Of a stretch of 64,000 nucleotides of DNA, positions 54,690-64,000 are shown piece by piece; the first letter of the stretch is position 1; each line of letters begins with the position of its first letter. The translations under genes were made by a program, and so were the position numbers. Under the pieces are notes generated by a model. That model saw only the letters and a program-made list of their open reading frames with translations, had not been told where the DNA came from and searched no databases. Source of the DNA: the human T2T-CHM13v2.0 reference genome, Homo sapiens; NCBI RefSeq assembly GCF_009914755.1, contig NC_060942.1; one strand, given 5' to 3'.

Positions 54690-56330
54690 AGTGAAAGGAA
54701 GAGTCATGTGTCTCTCACTTAAAAGCTAGAAAAGATAACGCTTAGTGAGGAAGGCATGTCGAAAGCAGAGATGGGCCAAAAGCTGGGCTTCTTGCGCCAT
54801 ATAACTTGAAAAGTTCTGAATGGCAAGGAAGAGTTCTTGAAGGAAGCTACTCCAGTGAACACACAAATGATAAGAAAGCAGAACAGCTTTATTGCTGACA
54901 AGACAGTTTTAGTAGTCTGCATAGATCAAACCAACCACAACGTTCCCTTAAGTCCAGCCTAATCAAGAGCAGGGCCCTAACTCGTCAATGCTATGAAGGC
55001 TGAGAGAGGTGAGGAAGCTGCAGAAGAAAAGTTTGAAGCTAGCAGAGATTGGTTCAGGAGGTTTAAGGAAACAAGCCATCTCCACAATGTAAAAACAAGT
55101 GTTGTTGTAGAAGCTGCAGCAAGTTATCCAGAGGATCTAGCTAAGACCGTTGATGAAGGTGGCTACACTAAAAAACAGATTTGCAATGCAGACAAAACAG
55201 CCTTCTATTGGAAGAAGATGCCATCTAAGACTTTCATAGGTAGAGAGAAGTCAGTGCCTGACTTTAAAGCGTCAAAGAACAGACTGACTTTGTTAGTAGG
55301 TGATAGTGCAGCTAGTAACTTTAAGTTGAAGCCAATGTTCAGTTACCATTCTGAAAATTCTAGGACCCTTAAGAATTACACTAAATCTATTCTGCCTCTG
55401 CTCTATACATGGAACAACAAAGGCTGGATGACAGCATATCTGTTTACAACATGGTTTATTGAATAATTTAATTCCACTGTTGAGACTTGCTGCTTAATAA
55501 AAAAGATTCCTTTCAAAATATTACTTTTCATTGAGAATGCACCTGGTTACCCAAGAGCTGTGATGGAGGTGTGTGATGAGAATAATGTTTTCATGCCTGC
55601 AAATGCAACATTTATTCTGCAGCCCATGAATCAAAGAGTAATTTTGACTGTCAAGTCTTATTTAAGAAATACATTTCATAAGGCCATAGTTGCTGGGTCT
55701 GACCCACAGACCCCGACCAAGCGATGGATGAACGGATGCACTCAGACACAGGTATCCAGTGAGAGTGGGCTAGGAGACTCGGCTGCTCATGTACCCCAAG
55801 GAGGGTGTTGTAAAGAGTTGTAGCAGCTGTGGCCCTGACAAGCTGGTGCTGCAGGCATTTATTTATACAGATTTAATGACAAAGGCCTTGAGTCAACACA
55901 CTTTTGGGTAATTAACATGGTGCTTCCCCCCTTCCCCACCCCACACACACACACAGCCCCAGCAGTCCTGCACTCAGATGATTAAAGGCCAGGTTCTACT
56001 AAGTAAACTAAGTTATCTAGATCAGTTTCTTTACATCTCCTTGTTATCTAACCTAAGCGTTCAGGCACAGGGTGAGAGAATCTGGCTGCCTTCAGCCAAA
56101 TCCTTTTCTGAAGCTTTTGTAAAATCTCCCGGCCTTCCAAGAAGGTTTGCATCTTTCTACAATTTTTCCCACCACAGTGACCAATCTCCTACACATAGCT
56201 CCCATAGACAGTGATTCCTTTGGTGGATCTGAGCAAAGTAACAGAGTTTCACCATTCTAGATGCCATTAAGAACATTTCTGATTCATGGGAGGAGGTCAA
56301 AACATTGACAGGAGTTTGGAAGAAGCTGAG
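54690..56330 (+). pseudogene. Tigger1 transposase remnant (CENP-B-type HTH + DDE_1), disrupted
   Basis: ORF 54993-55466 ([34 protein letters not shown]); downstream IENAPGYP and QPMNQ show two catalytic Asp replaced; split by an LTR; outer limits approximate. Confidence 0.85.
55691..56193 (-). mobile_element. LTR22-family (HERV-K HML-5) solo LTR inserted in Tigger1
   Basis: Minus strand begins tgtaggagattggtcactgtggtgggaaaaattgtagaaagatgcaaaccttcttggaaggccggg; 503 bp, TG...CA; 6-bp TSD catagt/catagc. Confidence 0.85.
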
Positions 56331-57253
56331 TTCAACTGCAGATGTGGTAGCAATAGCAAGAGAACTAGAATTAGAAGTGGAGCCTGAAGATATGGCTGAA
56401 TTGCTGCAATCTTAAGATAAAACTTGAATGGATGAGTAGTTACTTCTTATGGATGGGGAAAGAAAATAGTTTCTTGAGACAGACTCTGCTCCTTGTGAGG
56501 ATGCTATGAACACAGTTGAAATGACAACAAAAAATTTAGAATAATCCATAAACCTAGTTGATAAAGCAGTGGCAAGGGGTTTGAGAGGATTGGCTTCAAT
56601 TTCGAAAAAAGTTCTACTCTGGGTAAGATGCCATCAAACAGCATTGCATGCTGTAGAGAAATCTTTCATGAAAGGAAGAGTTGATGTGGCAAACTTCATT
56701 TTTGTCTTATTTTAAGAAATTGCGACAGCCACTCCAGCAGCCACCACCCTGAACGATCAGCAGCCATCAACACTGAGGCAAGACCCTCCACCAGCAAAAA
56801 AATTACGATTCGCTGAAGGCAAAGATGATTGGTAGAATTTTTTAGCAGTAAAATTTTTAAATTAAGGTATATACATTACTTTTAAAGACAATGCTGTTGC
56901 GTACACACTGCTGTATAGTATCAACATAACTTTTATTTGTACTGGGAATCCAAAATATTTATGACTCATTTTACTGAATATTTGCTTTATTTTGGTAGTC
57001 AGGAACCACACCTGCAGTATCTCTGAGGTATGCCTGTAGCGAAACTTCATTTTTTTAAAGAACAACAATATAGTAGACATAAAAGTTAGGTGCTATGCAT
57101 TTATTTTAGTAATGATATCATTTTGAGAAACATTTTTGGAATTTTATTTTAGACTTCTCTTGAGTTTGGCTTTTTTTCCCATTAACATTAACTTATTTTT
57201 TGTGATCTTTATGCTTGTTTGATTTGTAGAATTGTTCCACCATAAATATTTAA

Positions 57254-57572
<319 letters not shown>

Positions 57573-58470
57573 TTAACTACTAGATTTCTTTTGCAGTATT
57601 TGGAATATTATTTTAAGTAATTAAATGATCAATCATAGCTACTACATTCTTTTTTTGCCTTATTAAAACCTACCCTTTAAGATCAGGAATAAAACAAGGA
57701 TGCCTGTTGTTACCTTCCTTTTTCAATATGTTATTAATACTAGAAATCTTCGCAAGGTAGCTGAATTTAAAATCAACAAATAAAAATACAGGTGCATTTT
57801 TGTAAATCAGCAATAAAATACCATTTCAGGTAGGAAAAAATTAAAGTAACAAGTATTTTCTAACAAAATTGTGTTAAACCTTTAAAAGAAAATTATAAAA
57901 TTTTATTGGAAGATGTTAGGAAAGGTCTAAATAAATGGAGAGAGAATATTTTTATAGATTTAAAGATGCTTTTGGAAAGATAGCAGATCTCTCCAGTTAT
58001 TTATAGATTTATTTCAATCTAGTCAGAATCATGACAACTTTTATTTTTGGGTTAAAAAGTTGATTCTAAAATTTTTGAGGAAGACTTAACAGGTCAGGAG
58101 TAGCCAAGACACTCCTCTAAAGAAGTTGTGATAGGTGAGAAGACTTGTTTTACCATATATGAAGAATTAGTATAAAGCTGTAAAAGTTAAGACAACAGTA
58201 TGGTATAGGGAGAGATAGATCAATAGAAGAGAATATGGAAACCCAGAAACTTGGCTTGTGACAAAGTTGGTATTACACTCCTTTAGAGAGAGCTTTCCAT
58301 AAATAGTTCTTGGACAGCTGGTTATCCACATAGGAGGGAATGACATTGAATCCCTGCTTAAATGGGAAAAGCAAACCTTTAACATTTTTAGATATTAAAA
58401 CATTATAATGATTTCTAGATAGAGAAGATTTTCTTAAAACATAGAAAATATGAACCGTAAAAGATGCTAC

Positions 58471-58600
58471 TTTTTTTGTTTTAGAGATGGGGGTCTTGCT
58501 ATGTTGCCTAAGTTGGTCTTGAACTTCTGGCCTCAAGCAATCCTCCCACCTTGGCTTCCCAAAGTATTGGGACTATAGGCATTAGCCACCATACCCAGAC
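58471..58600 (-). mobile_element. FLAM-C / Alu left monomer
   Basis: Single monomer with T-tail; TSD aaagatgctac/aaagatacttc. Confidence 0.9.
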
Positions 58601-58621
58601 AAAGATACTTCTTTTTTATTA

Positions 58622-58921
<300 letters not shown>

Positions 58922-59321
58922 AACGCTGGGAAAAGATACTGCAGTACATTTAACTCACACAAGGCTACATTAGGATCTTCACAGACTAACAAGAAAAACA
59001 CAAAACAACACATCTAGTAGAGCAGAACTTCAGTAGGCATATTAGAGAAGAGGAAATGGAATGATCAGTAATGCCAGAGATGGTGGGGAAATGCAAATTA
59101 AAACTATATTAAGATACCAATTACATCAGATTGTCAAAAATAAAAATGTCTGACAGTAATAAGTGTTGTCAACGATATAACACATCCACCACGTGCAGTG
59201 ATATAACAGTTCACATCTGGTGGGTGGTTTCAGCCACCTGGGAAAACAAATTGGTGATATCTGATCATATTGAAAATATGCATACTGTGCCACCTAACAA
59301 CCATACGTATATACTTTAGAT

Positions 59322-59603
59322 CAGGGGTCGGTGTGATGACTCATGAGTTAAGAATGGTTTTTAACATTTTTAAGTGCTTAAAAAAAATAATATTTTGTAA
59401 TTTATAGTGTGAAAATTATATGAAATTCAAATTTTGGTGTCCAAAAATAAGCTTGGAATATTGTCACATTCATTTATGTACCTCTTACAGATGCTTTCAT
59501 GGTACAACACTAGAGTTAAGTTGTTGCAACAGACATTGCATGACTCAAAAAGCCTGAAATCTTTATCATCTGGCCCTTTGCAGAAAATATTTACTGACCT
59601 CTT
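59322..59603. mobile_element. MER58B hAT MITE
   Basis: caggggtcgg...tctggccctttgcagaaaatatttactgacctctt; TSD ctttagat/ctctaaat. Confidence 0.88.
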
Positions 59604-60234
59604 CTCTAAATAAATACTCTTGCACATGCGTACTAGTAGACATGTTCAGGAATGGTCATAGCAGTATTGCTTGTAATAACGGAAACCTAGAAAGAACCCA
59701 AATGTCTGTTAAGAGTAGAGAAATAGGTTTGCTAAGCCAGCGGAATACTATTCAGTAGTGAAATGGAATTGGATGCATGGATGGATCCAAGCATATGGAT
59801 AAATCTCAGAAACAGTGTTAGAAAAAAGCAAGTCAGGTTTTTCCACTTATAAGCACTTCAGAAACAGTCAAGTATAAATAAGGCATTGTTAAAGATACTC
59901 GTGAGGTTAAATTATCAGGACAAGGAAGGACCGTAAGAATAGGGATTGCCTTTGAAGAGTTGGGGAAGAGATGGGATTTGAGAGGGAACTTTAAAAATCA
60001 TGTTCTTATTGTTAAACCAGGTGGTGGAGATGTGTGTTGTGTTGTGATCATTTATTTCCGTGACATGTTTTATACGTACTCTTTTGATATTTTATAAGTT
60101 TTTGTGATCTGGGGCATTAAAAAGTATCTTTTCAAATAGTATAGTCTGTCTCATAATATATAATTATGACCCACAGAGTGGAAGCTCATCAGCAGACTAG
60201 AAGCTGCTTTTTACCTATTGCCCCCTCTTCCCTG

Positions 60235-60630
60235 GTTCCCCAAGCATTCTGGTTGTGTCAGGAACCCAATTCAGATTTTCTTAAGCAGAAAAGGGGACTA
60301 ATAGGATTCCTCGTTGGGTCACTGAAGCCAAGGAAGAGTCAGGGACTTGGTCACTGTCAGGGTGCTCTGCCACTCATCTGTATGTCTCTGCTTGGCCACA
60401 TTGTTTTTGGCTGCAAGTGGCCTTCTCCATGTCGGGGGCAGTGTGACTGAGCGCAGTCCTAGAGCACAGCCTTCCAGGTCTGTGACTCAGGCCAAGGAGT
60501 CAGGTCCTGTGGTCAGCCTGGCTAGGTCATACTGTGGCCAGGCAACTGGATCTGTTACCAGAAGAAACCTTTTGAGGAGGGGAGGAGAGGTTAAGGGTCA
60601 GAATCATGAGCCCGGCAGCCACTTCTGTTT
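60235..60630 (-). mobile_element. Old MLT1-type LTR remnant
   Basis: cattctggttgtgtcaggaacccaattcagattttcttaagcagaaaagggg pattern. Confidence 0.5.
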
Positions 60631-60956
60631 GTAATGGTTACATATGTATTAATTGTAAAGCAATATGTGTGGCATTTTGTCACACCTTTGTGTGGATATC
60701 AGGGCTGTTTTGATGTTAACGCTAAGATGTTGCCTAAGACATGGCACTGAGACATGGCCGAGGTGGGAAGAGGGGTTAGAAATGTCTGTTGAGCATATTA
60801 TTACCTGTTAAAAATAAAAATACAGCATGATCAGCTCTCCTACCACTTTATAGTCACACCTGTCTCCTTCCCTTCTTCCCATAAGGACATTTAAGGCATT
60901 AAGTACTTGAGTCTAAATAGATGTTACAAACTTGGTTTAAAACATAACACATATCT

Positions 60957-61291
<335 letters not shown>

Positions 61292-62183
61292 AACACATAT
61301 CTACTATTCTGAATGACTGGAAGGGCATTTAACCCATTGGTGTTTCATTGGGATGCAAATTTGTAGGGAGTTTGTATCTTTTGCTTTTCTGTTTGCCAGG
61401 TTCTTTGTTTTGAACATACATTACTTTACAAACAGGAAAAATATAAACTTTTAAAGGTATTGGTGGAAGTCAGTTTGTCATCTTAAAAACTGACATTCCA
61501 CTCAAGACACTAAACACTGTATTCTCTAATTTGAAACATTCGAGCCAATAAATTTTATAGGAGTTTATTTACATCATGACTACCCCAAATGATAAGCTTG
61601 TTCTTCTGACCTCTAAACTTGAGATAACACCCGGGAAATAACTACAGAAAGAGAATATCCAGGTTTTAATGGAATGTGGACATCAATCTGGGCAGGAATT
61701 TTGGATTGATTATTTGCTAATTTTTTGTTAAATACTTATGTTGAATAAGAAGATTCCAAGACCTGAAAATTGGTTCTCCTTTTTCTTTGGCTATCGAATA
61801 AGGCTTCTCAGTGCTAAATTTCGATCAGTAACCACTTGACAGCTCAAAAACTGTGGCAGAAGTATTGGCCTGAACACTTTATAGGAAGCTGGGAATATAA
61901 ATTGAAGCCTACGAGACTGGAGCCGTACTCACTTTGGCTACTAGGGGTAAGCCAGAATAGCTGCTACTTGGTTTTGACAATTTTGGCTTCAGTTATCTTT
62001 CTACATATTCACTTTTATATTGCTATAAGGTAGGATCCAAGTTTATTTTTTAATTATATGGAAAGCCACTTGTCCCTGCACCAATTTTCTTTGTAGTAGC
62101 ATCTTTTTAGTTTTTCACACTTGTATGGATTTGTTTTGGGTTACCATATGGTTTTAAGTACGTCTGCTTTATAATTCAGTCCA

Positions 62184-62600
<417 letters not shown>

Positions 62601-62693
62601 TCATTAGTTAGTTATTCTTTTGTATCCTTCAATAAAGCTCCACAGTTTTCTTCACCTCTTGCACCTGTTGGGTTTTCATAGCTATTTTGAATG

Positions 62694-63005
62694 TTTTTTT
62701 TTTTTTTTTTTTTTTTTTTTCTGTGAGATGGAGTCTCGCTCTGTTGCCCAGGCTGGAGTGCAGTGGCGCAATCTCAGCTCACTGCAAGTTCTGCCTCCCA
62801 GGTCACACCATTCTCCTGCCTCAGCCTCCTTCCCAAGTAGCTGAGACTACAGGCGCCCGCCACCATGCCCGGCTAATTTTTTGTATTTTTAGTAGAGACG
62901 GGGTTTCACCGTGTTAGCCAGGATGGTCTCGATCTCCTGACCTCCTGATCCGCCCGTGGCCTCCCAAAGTGCTGGGATTATAGGCGTGAGCTGCCGCACC
63001 TGGCC
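62694..63005 (-). mobile_element. AluY
   Basis: caccgtgttagccaggatggtctcgatctcctgacctc, ccattctcctgcc; T27 tail; no clear TSD. Confidence 0.95.
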
Positions 63006-63344
63006 GGTTTATTTTATATATTCTAAATAGTTATAACTACCATATAGGAGCACGACTGATGTTATATGTTCATCTGTAGTCATCTGCCTTATGAAATCAA
63101 TAATTAGCTCTAATGGTTTATCTTTTGATTCTTAAATAATTTCTATGTAGAAATCATACCATCTGCAGATGATAATTTTGTTTTTTTCCCCCTAATCCTT
63201 AATTCATTTTCTTATCTGTTGCTTGGACCTTCAGTACAGTGTCAGACTGAAGTGAGGATACATAACTTGCCTTATTTTAACTGAAGCTTCATCATTAAAT
63301 ATGATGTTTATTGTAGATTAAAGAATTCCCTTTCTAGTTCTAGT

Positions 63345-64000
63345 TTGCTGTTGAAGTTTTCGGTTGCTGAGTAATGAATTACCTAAAAATTTAATGGCTT
63401 TAAGCAATGAAGTTATTATCTCATATTTTCTTTGGGTCAGGAATGGAAGAGCAGTGTATTAGTTCATTTTTACACTGCTATGAAGAACTACCTGAGACTC
63501 GATAATTTATGAAGAAAAGGGGCTTAATTGACTCACAGTTCCACGGGCTTACCAGGAAGCATGACTAGGAGGCCTCAGGAAACTTACAATCATGGCAGAA
63601 GGTGAAGGGGAAGCAAGCATGTCTTACCATGGAGGAGCAGGAGAGAGAAAGAGGTGGGGGAAGTGCCACACATTTGTAAACCATCAGATCTCCTAAGAAC
63701 TCACTCACTATCCCGAGAACAGCAAGGGGGAAATCTGCCCCCATGATCCTTTTACCTCCCACCAGGTCCCTTCCCCAATACTGGGGATTACCATTCAACA
63801 TGAGATTTGGGTGGGGACACCGAGCCAAACTATATCAAGCATCTTAGCAGGATATTGGCTCAGGATCTTTCATGAGGTTGTACTCAAGATGTCAGCTGGA
63901 GCTGCCGTCATCTGAAGGCTTGCCTGGGGCTGCTTTCAAGGGGGTCTCACTTTCATGCCTGGCAGCATAATGTTGGTTGTAAGCAGGAGGCTTCAGTTTC
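63345..64000 (-). mobile_element. MLT1 (F/G/H-like) LTR split by THE1D, truncated by window end
   Basis: gttgctgagtaatgaattacctaaaaatttaatggcttt...gggtcaggaat | ttagcagg...tcatgaggttg...gtcatctgaaggcttg. Confidence 0.75.
63455..63837 (-). mobile_element. THE1D (MaLR) solo LTR
   Basis: tgtattagttcattt...gcctcaggaaacttacaatcatggcagaagg...gagccaaactatatca; 383 bp; TSD agcag/agcat. Confidence 0.88.

Larger units (their letters stand above)
54203..57036 (+). mobile_element. Tigger1 DNA transposon (TcMar/pogo), both ends present
   Basis: Ends caggcatgtc / gaggtatgcctg, each flanked by TA (54201-54202, 57037-57038); internal transposase remnant. Confidence 0.95.

Noticed and set aside
54993-55466. 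157-aa ORF as a domesticated TIGD1-like gene
   Set aside because: It lies within TIR-bounded Tigger1 that has stops, frameshifts, mutated catalytic residues and an LTR insertion.

Overview
This is a primate (simian, probably catarrhine/hominoid) nuclear genomic window made mostly of interspersed repeats. I found no recognisable host protein-coding exon, RNA gene, CRISPR array or prokaryotic feature. Dominant elements: (1) a full-length, retrotransposition-dead L1PA (about L1PA4-6) at 45064-51175 (+) with an 18-bp TSD, disrupted ORF1/ORF2 and an open antisense ORF0; (2) a full-span Tigger1 DNA transposon at 54203-57036, interrupted by a solo LTR22 (HERV-K HML-5) LTR; (3) several old L1M elements, about 15 Alus or Alu fragments, many MaLR/ERVL solo LTRs, hAT MITEs, MIR and L2 fragments. 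The apparent T/G-rich + strand and the near-uniform minus orientation of LTRs suggest a long intron of a + strand gene that I cannot identify. Repeat subfamily names come from recalled consensus sequences, not a RepeatMasker run, and boundaries of old repeats are approximate. I see no convincing new biological system. The findings are mostly transposon-structure oddities and candidate cryptic exons.
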